A DNA stretch of 64,000 nucleotides from Paraspadella gotoi (lineage: Eukaryota > Animalia > Chaetognatha): NCBI GenBank assembly GCA_051294375.1, contig CM119266.1, positions 26,835,932-26,899,931 of the forward strand, read 5' to 3'. Below, piece by piece: positions 14,602 through 27,600 of the stretch. Each line of letters starts with the position of its first letter. Position 1 is the stretch's first letter. A program made the position numbers and the translations under genes. The notes beneath the pieces were generated by a model. The model was not told the DNA's origin. It did not search any database and was given only the letters and a program-made list of their open reading frames with translations.

Positions 14602-14664
14602 GCGGTGGGCGTGGCGGTGATTGGAGCTTGGAGAATCGACGGGAAGCTTGGTTATGCTCGATGA
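14001..14664 (+). CDS. XK-related gene, terminal exon copy B (TAG at 14599-14601; homology continues to TGA at 14662-14664)
   Basis: Acceptor tttctaatccag|G in the same phase as copy A. Reads TRTTFIKTFLCYALCLTLALTSGFCSANFAL...EFWAENVLCAVH...GAWLFV*AVGVAVIGAWRIDGKLGYAR*. Confidence 0.7.
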
Positions 14665-15690
14665 TGTCAATAATAAGTTGTCGTATATGAGTTTTCTTCC
14701 CATTAGCAATCTTTTTATGTGAATTCAATTTTGGTATATTCGAAACAGCGAAACATTCTTATTGTTACGTTCTTTAAAAATCGAGTCAACCCTGCGTTCA
14801 ATTTCTTAAATAAAGGGCAAAGAAAAAACCAAACCTCCATTATTTTTCTGAAGTCGGTAGAGATACTGGAGCTGGAGAAAAGTTCACAGGTCTTTCGTAA
14901 AACTACACAAAAAAAACTCACCGAGACATTCGTTCACAACGGACCCCTCTCACGTCGCTCACATCGTTCACGGCTTCGAATCTCACTTTAAATTCCCTAA
15001 TTTCCTTTTTTCCTCGTGAAACGAGTTTCGCTTTTAAGAGAATTTAATTTCGTGAATAAAACAACCCTCGAGTTTTAACTTCAATTACTGCGGGCGGGGA
15101 AAAGGGAAAGGGTTGGGTAGGGTAAGGGGTGGAACAGAGGGCGTGGTAAGGGATGCAAAGGGCGGCGGAGGGGGGCGGGAGGCGGGAGTTCCTCATTTGG
15201 AGCCGAAATGAGAAAAAAAATTGAATGTTTTTTTTTCTTTCCAAGTTTTTATGATTTTTTTTTTAAGAGGATTTTTTCGAGCCGTCGGGTCGTAAGTTAG
15301 TAGTGGAAAGGGAAGGAAAGGGTCGTATAACTTACAAGAAAAGTGGTGAGAAATGGTAAGGACGAAAAAGTTTTTTTTTTTTTTCAAAGAGAGAAATATT
15401 ACTAATCAGGTGAAGAGGATAATTTAAGAGTTGAATGGTTTGCGTCTAAAAAAAAGAAAAGGAAAAGAGACGCTTAGAGACGGTGCTACGTAGTATGTTG
15501 GGCGGGAGGATCGAATTGAGATGATGGGGGGAGACTCCGAGAAAAAAAAAAAGGGGGGGGAGAAAGAAAAAACCCTCTGCGTCGAGACTAACGACGACTC
15601 TAATTAGCTGAAAGTCAATTCTATGATTGGGAGAAACGCGCGAAAAGGATGGATGTGAGAGAGAGAGAGAGAGAGAGAAGAGAGAGGAGA

Positions 15691-15726
<36 letters not shown>

Positions 15727-16199
15727 TTCCTTTGATTTTTGTCCCGTTTTGATTTTTTTTTTAACGCCAGAGGAACGACGACGATAACGACGACGACGAC
15801 GACGATAACGCCCGACTGCCCGACGTCTCCGGGAGAATCTCTGGGCTGCCATCTGGTGTCTGGAAATGTAAACAAAAGATTTGATTCTATTCTCTCGTTC
15901 TCTATTCTCTTCCCCTCCCCCTCTTTCGATATTCACTTCGTGAAGAGAAGAAGAATAAAAAAAAGTAGGGAAGTGAATCTTTTCACGGAGTTTTTCGGAC
16001 CGTGACGACGCGACTCGGTTCGACGACGCCAGGTGTCGCATCGGCGCCGCGCCTTCCCTCTGGCGGGCGGGAAATAAATGAAAGAAATAAACAAAACAAA
16101 CAATGGGGAAGGAGAGGGAAAAAAATTCGACGTCGAATGGAAGCTGAGGTCAAATTGGAAGCTTTAGGGCTTTGTATAGGAGATCTGTGGTGGTTTTAT

Positions 16200-16279
16200 T
16201 TTTTTGTCTCACTCTCCATCTCTCTTTCTGTCTCTCTTATTCTTTCATATTTCTCTCTCTCTTTTTTTTCTCTTTCTTT

Positions 16280-16334
<55 letters not shown>

Positions 16335-17170
16335 CTCGCTCTCTCTCTCTCGTTTCAGGTTTCATATTCTCGCCGATGCCAACCGAGTCACCCAATGACC
16401 TCTCACTCATTCATCTATACTTCACCTTCAAGTCTCGAGTCTGTTTCGTCATTTCTTTTCTTTCCTCCACCCAGCCTTTCTCCTATCCGTCTTTTCCATC
16501 TCTTTTCCTCTTTTTCACTCTCCCTTCCTCCTTTTCTTTCTCCTTTCTTTTTTTTTCCCTTTCTTTCTCCCTTCCTCCTTTTTTTTCCTTCTTTTTTTTT
16601 CCTCTGCATTTTTTTTCACCTTTCCGCATTTTTCTTATACATATTTCTTCTTTCCTTCTTTTCTTCTTTTTTTCCTCCTTTTTTTTCTTTGCTTCTTTTT
16701 TTCACCTTTCCTCCTTTTCGTCTTTTCCTCCTTTTTCTTATACTTTTCTTCTTTCTTTCTTCTTTCTTCTTTCTCCTTTTTCCTTTTCTTCTTTTTTTCA
16801 CCTTTCCTTTTTTCATATTTTCCTCCTTTTTCATATACTTTTTTCTTCTTTTCTTTTTTTCCTTCCTTTTCCTTTTCTTCTTTTTTTCACCTTTCCTCCT
16901 TTTCTTATACTTTTTTTCTTCTTTCCTTCTTTCTTTCTTTTTCTTCCCTTCCTTTTTTACTTCCTCCTATTTCTTTTCCTCTCCTTCACTATTTCCTTTT
17001 CTTCCTCTTTTTCCCTCCGTCAAAAAAAGGTTTCTCGCTTCGCTCCTCACTTCACTTTCGCGACTTCACTTCACAAACCTTTTCCATGTCTATTCTTACT
17101 CTACTTAATCCTTTTTCACCTTTCTCACTTTCATTATCCCCATTTTTCTTCCTTCCCTTTTCTCCTCCCC
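16200..17170 (+). repeat. ~1-kb polypyrimidine low-complexity tract
   Basis: Almost only C/T on +; it generates the spurious F/L/S-rich ORFs 16002-17108 and 16172-17233. Confidence 0.9.
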
Positions 17171-17562
17171 ATTTCCGTCAACCGACCCCCAAAGGAGAAT
17201 CGAAACCGAACCGTCGCTGAGCAACGAACATGAATTGAAAAAAAAATTGAAACCGAAAAATATGAAATGAAAACGACCGACGACACCATTAATGCTTTCG
17301 CTCGTTTAGGCAAAGAGGAAATAATAATAACTTCATATCTTTTTTTTCTATTTTTAATTTTACAACTTTTTTTCTTCTCAAGATAGAGAAAAAAACGTGT
17401 TATTTCAAAAGCGAGATTTTTTTTGATGAAAAAAGAAGAAAGAAAAAAAAGGCGAAAATGAGCGACGATAAAAAAAAAATTGGCAATCAGTGGGACTGGG
17501 AGGAGGAGGGGAGGGAGAGAGAGAGAGAGGGAGAGAGAAGAGGGAGGAGAGAGAGAGAGAGA

Positions 17563-17621
<59 letters not shown>

Positions 17622-20600
17622 GTTTCCGATTTTTGGAACTGATGTGGAAAGAGAGAAGATTTAGTACTCAAGAGTAAAAGAAGCGTTAATAGTTCGTGGG
17701 GGTTCGCCCTTCAAGACGATCATCCCTTTATCTGGCCCAGTTACTAGAGATATTACGATTTTAAAAGTTTAAAAAAGTACTATTTAATTATTAAAAGCGG
17801 AAAAAAAACAATCATCACGTCATTTTAAAGTTATTCCTGGTAAGGAGTAAAAACAAAATTAATCGAAAAATTAACAGACCATCTTACCATCAACGGAATG
17901 GACTATAAACGGACTTGGTTGGCCTAGTGATGTGATTGCTCGTCTCCTTCACGAATCATCAGAATACCGACGAATCACAGACCTTACTTCAACCTTAGAA
18001 TGACCAATGACCGACAGAGGAACCGACGGAGGGATTGATGGTCAAAATTGCTAAGAGAACTCGAGGCATTCACCTCTACACCCGAACTCAAGAAAGAACT
18101 CTTCTTCAAATAATTATTGAACCATTTAATATTGTCATCACCTTTGTCTTAACCTTTGTTATTCGTGTCATCGTATTACCTATGTCATCACCCTAATCAT
18201 TGTCCGTCATTAATAAACTATTGTCAACCCAAATACTTGCCACTTATTATTTACCCTCGTTATTTGACTAAACGTCAACGTTACTATCGACCGACCGACT
18301 AAAAAAAAATTTAGTCCCTCCTCCTTCTTCGAGGGACGAGAAAGAAAGAAAGAAAATTATGGTCTCTTTTTTTTTCTGCTGACGACGACGACAACTACGA
18401 CGACGACGACGACAACTACGACGACGACAAAGTTTCCAAGGGTCGTTGGTCATCGGGCTCCATCATCCGGGTGTCGCATTCCAGGTCCATGGCTCAGAGG
18501 CCATTCGTCTTTGCTTCCTTCTTTTTTTTCCCTCCTTTTTTCTCCTTTCCCTGATTTTTACCAGCGCTCGTTTTCCATTTTTATCTTTTACCTTTTATTT
18601 TACTGGGATTTAAGCAGTAAGGTTAATTTTGCCACAGTTATCTTGTCAACATTTAAATTTAAAATTTGTTTATTTAATTTTTTTCCCTATTTTTTTTGGT
18701 GGGGGCGTCATTTGCCTGTTCTGAGAGCATCGCTTTTTCAACGCTGTTCTCTCGCGTTGTATCCCTGTTTTTCCGCATCTTCTTTTTCCGCATCTTCTCT
18801 TTTCCTCGTTTTTGTGAGGCTTTCGCTTTTTGAAAGGTTCGTCATTTTTTTTCTTTTGTTTTGGTCATGAGAAAGAGACGTGAGCAAGAAATATGTCTTT
18901 GAGAAGGTCAGGCAAATTTTGGAAGGCTGAACGGACAAAAACAATATGAGCAAAAGTACAGTGCATGTACAAAAATTCAATAATTAATATATATTATATG
19001 AAGACAAAAACATGCTCATTCCTCAAGTTTCATTTTCTGTTCGCCAATACGTTTACGATTTGCTTAAGCCACAGCGGCAAACGTTGTCGGGCCAATATGC
19101 CCAAGGAATTGCGTGAGTATAGACCAAAGTATTACCTTTTTGGCTAAAGAGTAAAAAACGTGAGAGAAGAAAGTGAGTGAGTAAGCGAAAAAATATACGA
19201 AAAAAATTCACCGCATTTTAAACTTCGGATCAACACGTCTCGTGGGCGTGGTCTCTCCCCAGCCCAGGCGTCGCTTTCTTCTCTTGATCGTTGCCGTTTT
19301 GTTTAATGAACTGAGCTCCTCGAACGAATTGGCTTTTATGCGTCGCTACTTGAAGTTGAACAGAAAATGTGTCAATTCACAACGAAGTATAACGTTTGTC
19401 ATTACAACTTTTTCGCTGTTTATTTTCAAAATGAATTCATTACCTCATACCATCTCATTTCGATTGTATTTCTTATCAAATTTACGAGAGTAGCAATGTG
19501 ATTGTGCATATAAGTCCTCAGTATAAACTATGGAGTAATGATGTAAATTTCGTTCCCAGAAATAAACAACGCTCCTCGCGGCTACGTTCTGCAACGCCAT
19601 CTCTCTTCACTACATAACCGTCACAAGCGGCGATCGAATCGTCATTTGATGTCTTGAATCTCTTTGGACTCAATCATTTTCTTCTCCCTCGACTTTAAAT
19701 GCTGCCGAGGCGATTAAACCATCGCTGTCCGTCGTCGTCGTCTCGGTTGTCGTCGTCGTCGTCTCGGTTGTCGTCGTCGTTTACGCGCCCGAGTCGTTGC
19801 CAAGGAGATCGAGCTTTCAAGGTCACCGCGGGAGAAGTGAGAAAAAAAAAGACGTTTACTGACGATTAGATGTGATCATTGGGTTTGTGATGAGATATTC
19901 GGAAGTCTGAGAGAATCAGAACTTGAGAGGATGTGATAATTAAACAATCGTCGTATCATATATACTTTATATAGCTAGAAAAAACGATTTTGGAAATTAT
20001 TCATTGATCAAATAATTACGATTTTTTTTTCTCAAGTTTAATTTTTCCGACTTTGAATGATTCACGCGGTTCGGCCGAGCCGTAGTCGCCCCCTTTCGCT
20101 CCTGCCGCTGCCCCCGTCTCTACCGCCGCAGACGCAGCCGTCGCTTCCGCTGCTTTGACTTTCGATTTCCCGATTAAGTTTCATTTTCTCATTTCGCGAA
20201 GAAAACTCGGAATGCGGAATCGAGGGTTTTTGTTTTTGTTTTTGTTGTTTGTATTTTTTTTTATCGGTATTGCAAGTGATTTTGTTTTTCATATTTTAAA
20301 GCAATTTGTATTGGTGCGTTGTTCTTGTTTTGTTTTCTTCTTTTTTTATCGTTGGATTATTATCTGGTTTCTTAATAAATAAACCCCTAAAATGACGCCA
20401 CGCCCACGCCAACGGGCATTTTCCTTCGGCCTCGTCCTTCCAGCGTCACGCCCGAGTTGTGACGCTGGAGAAGGCTCCGCCAACTCTTCGTCACTAATCG
20501 CTACGCAAAGGTTTCTCCGATGCAGATTTCCGTGTCGCAGCCGCCGCCGCGCCGCCGCCGCCGGGCCGCCGCCGCCAACTGTTGATGGGTCTTTTTTGCT

Positions 20601-20941
20601 GACGAGGCGATAATGATTCGCTGAAACTGCTTTCGTGGTCGTCTCCGTCGTCGCCGGCACCTGTTTGGCACCTCGTGTGGATGACTTTGCACCTGTCCGC
20701 AACCGACAACCGACTGTTTCGATCCTTAACGCTCTTCAGCATTCGGCAGTGTTCGTGGGCAATCGAATATATTTTCGTTATTCTCTGTACTTATTCATTC
20801 CTTTGTTCTTTCCTCCGTTCGGTCATTTGTTCGCTTCCTCGTTACATTTGCGTTTATTGAGTCCATCGTTCTTCTCCTTGCCTCTCCCCCCCCCTCGGAA
20901 CGGGCGGGGCCCCGCGCCTCCTCTTTCCGATATTCACACGT

Positions 20942-21030
<89 letters not shown>

Positions 21031-22955
21031 AGAGAAGAAGACAAGAAGATGCAAGAGAAGAATAGAGAACTGTTTGGTGTTTCTTCGATTTAGTTCGTCA
21101 ATCTAATTTGCATATCAATTTATTCATTTGTTATAACTTGTTTTGGGCACGATGTACATTTTAGGGCGTTTTACTATTATTATTAACCACCACCTTGTTC
21201 ACCTTCTTACCTACTTACCTACTCAACAAAGGAAGAAAATCGAAAAAAAAAGAAGAAAAGAATACGAAAGAGAAGAAAAGAAGTATTTCTCATTCTGTCA
21301 CCTGCTGAAAGAACCAATAAAACTTTGCGCGTCTTCACTCAGATGGAATCCAGACCCGTAAAAGAAAAGGTGTCGTCGTCGTCGTCGTCGTCGTTTCCGT
21401 AAACGCCGCCTCGGTCTCCAGTAATTGATTACACTTCTTCCCAGACAATAATTTTTCTCAGACTTTCTGGGGCAGGTGGGAAGGTGCTTGAGACGCTGGT
21501 GGAAGGTGCTCGAGGCGCTTGTAACAGGTGCTTGCCGAGCAGGTGGGAGGAGCTCGCCATGCTTGAAGGAGAGTATTGCGATAATGTGGGGAAGTGCAGG
21601 AGAAAATAAATTTATTGCACGGAAATCAAATGGTTTTTCACTTGGCACAGTAATTCCCATAATAAAAATTTACATAAGATCTTAATTATACTCCCTATGG
21701 TTGAGGTTTAAAGAAGAAATGATATTCCTATTTTGTTGCATGAATGATAAATAATGCCATGGGAGTTTAATTGTAAGAGATGGATTCATGAAATATTACT
21801 AATTGAGATTGAATTCATCAATCTCATTTTCATATAGTAGTAAAGCCCATTGTCCATTGATTTATGACCGGAGCCCCACTTTTATTCAATTACTCATTAA
21901 ATGCGTTTGGTTCCCGCTCTCAGTTGGAGCGATTTAGAAATTGAAATTTAATTTGAGCCACATTCAACGTTTTTTGGATGGTTTGGCGCTTTGTATCGCC
22001 ACACTTATAAAGCATTCCAAACATTAATCGGCAGAGGAAGAAAGTTTCAAGCCCGTACTTACGTATATTGAGCGAGCTGAACATCCATCGTCGGATAGAC
22101 CCCTTACCTTAGCATCGTTCCCCTCATTCTGGTCGGGTCGGCGAGTTATCGACAGCCGAGGAAGAATATTTTCCTCAGGTGAAGTTCGCAACGACGGATA
22201 TTTAATCGAACGGCGACAGTTTTCCGCCGGAAAAAGGGAAACCGGCGCCGAAACCAACGCCCGGCGCCCCCGTCGACGATACAACGACGACATTTCCAAT
22301 TACAACTTCAATAACGACGACAACGACGAAGACGGCGGGCGAGGCCTTTAACTTTAAGTGCATCATTTTCGGTTTCCTTTTCAACGTCACATGGAAGAGG
22401 AATTAGTTTTTACGACGAACTGTCGTCGCTTCATAACCGGGAATTCGTTGTCGTCGTTGAACTCGTCGTCGGCAACGACATTACCCTTTTCATTTCCTTT
22501 ATTCCCTTTGAAAATTGTACTGTCGTCGTTGATGGCTTCGTTGTCGTCGTCTTCGTCGTCGTCGTCGTCGTCGTCGTTTGCCCATTTTCGTCCCATTTCC
22601 ATCGAAAAAAAGGGGAGGGGGAATATCAGCTAGGCGCGAAATGAATAATTTGCCTAAAAAGGAAATATGCATATTTTAAAATGCAAAAAAAGCCAGAGTA
22701 TAGTCTCCGGTTTTCGCCGGTTTAACCTTATTTATATTTAATATTGCTTGATATATTGAAGGATAAAGGATAAACATTTAATTTTCTTTATTGTCTTATA
22801 TGTTCTCATATTTTTCAAAATATATTTTCTACCTTTGCGCAAACCTTTTTTAAACTACACCACAACTGTCGAGATAATATATTATATCATCTCAGGAGTA
22901 TCAAGCAAAGGATCGGGGACTCGGGCGATTTCCACGGAAATGGAATAGCCGAATC

Positions 22956-22993
22956 CTGATTGGTCAAGCTTGGAACCGGAATCGACCAATCAG
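22956..22993. promoter_or_regulatory. Pair of oppositely oriented CCAAT boxes forming a perfect 10-bp inverted repeat
   Basis: CTGATTGGTC (22956-22965), 18-bp spacer, GACCAATCAG (22984-22993). Confidence 0.35.
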
Positions 22994-24274
22994 CTTGCAG
23001 AATCATTCGAACTGTCAATTTAACCCACGTCGCCGAACCATGAGTTTTTCCTTAAATGATATGCAAGGAAAGCAATCTTTGAATTTAATTTTTAGTCACC
23101 AGTCGGTCCTTTATCGAGCTATATTTTTTTGATATAAATACATAAAAATAAAATGTTTTATAAAATCCAATATATCGAACAGTAAATTTTTTTTTATGCC
23201 TGCAACTGTTACGCTACGCCATTTTTGGCGTCCTATATACCTGATCGAAGCCCTCATAAAATGGTAGGCGAAACTTTGGCATCATAATACCCTGGTGGGA
23301 AAAGTTGGCAACAACGACACCAAGTACAACAACATGCTTGACTCAGTCGTAAAATTCGAGCGCTACTTTGGTATGTAGCGAAGCGCTCCCTTCGCGCCGG
23401 CGTTTTTCGTCTCGCCGCTCATCGTTCCGCGCCGATGTTTTTGCCCTCCCTCCGCCGGGCGTCCCTACGTCGTCGGCGCCATTGTTCCACTGGCTGCGCG
23501 GGCGGCGATTTCCGTCTCTCGCCTCCATTCATAAACTTTGTTGGCCTTTTGTTCCCAATCGTCGAGTCTTTTGTTCGAAATCTCCGCCTCGACATGGCGA
23601 TTCTAAAAGTCGTCGACAGATGGCGACTAGACGTTCGTTGAGGACGACGACGACTAACGAAGAACGATGACGGCGACGTTGAGGACGACGATGACGCGGA
23701 CGACGACGTCGACCGTGATTTTAAAAAATCCGGAGAAATCGAGCGTCTCTCTCGCATTCTACGTAACTTATAAAAATTTGTCTTTAGGCGAGTTTCAATA
23801 TAATTTTTTTTCCAACGTCTTTGTCAATTTTAAACTTTGTACATAGTTTGTACAACTCTGTATAATGTGTATAATGTGTATATAGTGAATATAGTTCGCT
23901 CTGATTCCATCTGCGATGAGTTATAAAGTTTTCTTATTCTAAAAATGGCTTTGCATCCGAAGGTCTCAATTCTGAAAGGTTCCCAGCTTTAATTTTAGTT
24001 TTAATTTAGTTTTATTTTTTTTGCGTTCTTGGGCTTAGGTATGTGTATTACACAAAGGAATTCCCTTTAAGCTTTATTTGTATTTGTTTTTTTTTTTTTT
24101 GTTGTTGTTGTTTACAGTTTGAAATTTAGGTTGAGATTGTTTCTAATCAAAGCATTTTCATTTTTCCTTAATATTTTTTCCAACCAACTCGTTAAAAAAT
24201 TGGCCAGGTGTCCGCTTTTATTAAAGAATGGCGCATAAATCGGAAATTAATTTGAATTTCAGAAATTGGAGAGT

Positions 24275-24317
<43 letters not shown>

Positions 24318-24626
24318 GAGAGAGAGATTAAACTTACTAATTTAGCGACTGTAATCAAGCTCGTCAATTGCGCATTCATCAAAAGTGTTGGCGATCGTTG
24401 CACCTGAGCCTAATAATGGAGGCGAGGTGGCAACTCGCTTTATTAGCAATTACCGAGCGAATTTGACAAGTTTAAAAACTAGGGTTCGTAATCACGCTTT
24501 CTCGAGCCATTGGTGCGCAAGTAAAGGTCAATGTGCGCTAGAATATTCCGTTTTCAGGCTCTGCGCTTTATAAATAATAAAAATTCAACCACGAACTCTC
24601 CCTCTTTCCCATCCCGCGTCTTCCAG

Positions 24627-27600
24627 CGCACCTTCAAGTGCAAAGACAACGGAATCTCGACGGAGGTCCTGGCCAACAACCGCTACATGACCCTGCGTTA
24701 CCAAAGCAACCCCCACGCCCCAGGGCGCGGCGAGCGCCGGGGATTCAAGGCCGTTCTCACGGGTGAGTATTCGACGGAAAGTATATATGGTTGGAGCCGG
24801 GTGAGGGAAATACAAAGGGTAAAGTTACCGGCAAGTAAAAAAGTTAGTACTTCATTGTTTTATTGGGTTGCTAATCTCTTTATCGCGCGAGAAAATTAGA
24901 GCGCTTGATCGTGCGTGGGAAGCCGCGTACCTTGGACGCTAAGCGAGTTTGCTCTTGATGCAAGGAAAATTATGGGGGGGGAAAAGGAGGAGGGGAAAAA
25001 AAGGAAAATGAAATTGCTTCATTCGTGAATTAATAAGTCGTTCTGTCGCGAGGGCAATTTTTATGAGCAAAATTATCCGTAATTTAAGTTTAAGCATAGT
25101 TACCGCTAAGTTTAACTCCCTCCGCCCCTCACCTCTGCCTCCCCCTTCCACTTTAAGCCTACGAGACTTTCGGCATCTGCAGCATGTCCAACCACAAGTG
25201 CGAAAACGGACTCTGCATCGACGACGACCTCACTTGCGATCAGATCAACCACTGCGGGGACAACAGCGACGAGGCGCCCAAGCTCAACTGCGTCGGTGAG
25301 ACTGAGGAGGAGGAGGAGGAGGAGTTGTTGAGAGGGTCGTTAGATTGAAGTATTCTTTTACCGGGCAATACTCTCGACCGTGGTGGCCCCAGGACTGTCC
25401 AGTGTAGAACTGTGTACTGGGAACTGGAGTTTCATTGAAAAGAGAAAAATCCCAGCCCGCCGAAATGTGAAGCAAGAGTTAAAACGATAGTTTCACTGAT
25501 TAAATAGAATTTTGGATAATTAATATTCCCGTTGGAGAGAAGAAAAAAGAAATGGGAATGACTTCCGTCCCCATTCACGCCTTATGGTCTCCTTTGGATT
25601 CGTGAAAATTAGTTCAGAGACAGACGCTCAAGACAAACCTTTATGAAATCCATCCTATTTTTCATAAATTATCAGTTTTCTGTTTTACCTCCTAGTAACC
25701 TTAAAAAGGTTTATTTTATTGTTAAATGCTAATTAAAGAGTCAAAAACTTTATTTAACCTCCCGACAAACGTCACTTTGTCCATCTCCCAAGTTTAACTG
25801 TCAAAAACAATTTTTAACTTCCCCCTTACATCACCTGATCACTTAGTTTCTAAACTAAACTAACTCCCATCTTTCCCCTACGCCGGGGGGCCCGCTCCCA
25901 CCTTCTCTCTGATTTACCGCCTTCTCTTATAAGCCTAACCTCTTCCCCATCCCCCCCTCATATCCCGACCCCCGAATTCAACTTCCCGGCAGAAAGAGAT
26001 CGGGAAGGGGCGGACGACCAATTAGATGAAACGGACAGGTGGAAAATTGGAGGAGGAAAAAAAAAGATGTGGGAATCGTGGGGAGAGGGGCGTGGCGTGG
26101 CGTAGGAAGGGAATGTAGGTGTACGTAGATCACTGAAAGATTCTTTTTTGGGAAAAAATAATTTCGTCCTTACTTTTTTATTTTGATGTCTTCTCGTTTT
26201 GAGCGCGAGATGTTCTTCTCCATTTCGTTAACATTTCCTGGTGCCTGCGCAGCCTCGAACTGCCTCGAACTGGTGAGATCTGAATAGCGGCGTTATTCTT
26301 TGACCCTTTTGCACATGCCTTGGTGACCCTCCTGCTGGTGTCCAGTCCACCTACCATCCCGCGTTCGTTCACGTGGCCGTCCTGTGCGCGCGTCCGAATC
26401 GCCTTTTCGCCTTCGGAATTTTTATGCGGACAAAAAAGGAAAGAAAGCACGCATCCCCTTTTGACTCCCCCCCCCTAAATTCAACCGGCGGCGAGAGACC
26501 CAAACATTCCGGACCGTTGACCTTTTCGGGGTCACCGACCCACCCCATGACCTCATCTCCTTACCTTTTTTTTACGTGTTCAGATTGGGTTTATTTTGTC
26601 GCTCTGCGCCGAGAGGTCAGTTCCGCTTTTAATCTTTTCGCTCGGATACTCTTTAACGTTCTGGTTCCTGCTTAAGAGATTTCGCTTGTGTTTTGTTCTG
26701 CTCCGGAAACGAGGTAGGTTTTTTGGTTTTTTTTGGTAAGCCATTCTCTGGTCCTTTCTAAATTCTAGCCACCTCCTGATATTCCAGGTTTCATTGACAA
26801 ACAACCTGGGGTGTCTGTTTGCCTCTTCATCTTTGCTTTTTGCCTTCATTTGCTCGAGGTCAGTGAGGCCATTTTCATTTCTTTATTTTTTTAACCTGAA
26901 ACGTCCTTTCCTATTTCATCTTTATTCGATTCGTGTTTTTTTTTTTTTTTTGTCCCAAAAATTCGTGAAAATCTCATTCTTCATTCTTTAGCCAAATAAA
27001 TCTAGACTTTGAAAAGAAAAGGCTACAAAAAAAAGCGACATCACACATCTTCACAGTCTTCACAGTCTTCACAGTCCTCAATATTAATCCGGCATTTCAA
27101 AAAGATCCGTCGTCCACGAATCTCCCATCCATCCCAGTACCTCGCGCAATCTCTTCCCTCCCTTGAAATATAACCAGCCGCAACCCTCTCAAGCGTCGCC
27201 TCCCCCTCCCCCCTTTTAGACCCCCTTGAACCCGGAGGGACCCCGGTTCGAAACCCAATTCCTTTGCCGGTTCGAGTGACAACTCGGTCGAGAAGAAAAG
27301 ACTGACGAAAAAAAAAAATCCAATTTAAACTGGAAATCTTTTTTTTGGTTGAGAGGAGAAAGGCGAGTGAAAATAATTTTTTTTTAAAAGTTACTTTTTA
27401 TTCAAACCGTTAAATGTATATTACATAATTACTATAATTTTAATTACTCGCTGCTTTTTTTTTTATCGCAAAAAAGATTAATCTGTAAAGAAACGAATAA
27501 GTGTAATTCAAAAACGAAAACTAACAAAAGAAACTTGTGAATAAAGAACAAAAATATAAACAAATATTACGAAAGATACTAGAATCAAGACGAGACTTAT

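Noticed and set aside
16002-17233. Long ORFs (368 and 353 aa) and similar F/L/S- or R/E-rich ORFs elsewhere
   Set aside because: They are translations of stop-poor (CT)n/(AG)n and polypyrimidine tracts.
19690-19830. Minus-strand read ARSPWQRLGR...DDDD...GQRWFNRLG resembling an amidated neuropeptide precursor
   Set aside because: No splice acceptor or signal peptide leads into it, and the acidic spacer comes from a (GAC)n repeat.
14700-24600. Several GC-rich exon-like blocks (e.g. 17880-18000, 19050-19650, 20350-20760, 22030-22600, 23270-23750) as the missing 5' exons of the receptor
   Set aside because: No phase-consistent chain with CUB or signal-peptide motifs could be built, so they are left unannotated.
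27245-27255. Pol III B-box-like GGTTCGAAACC, possible tRNA or SINE
   Set aside because: No A-box, acceptor stem or cloverleaf can be built around it.
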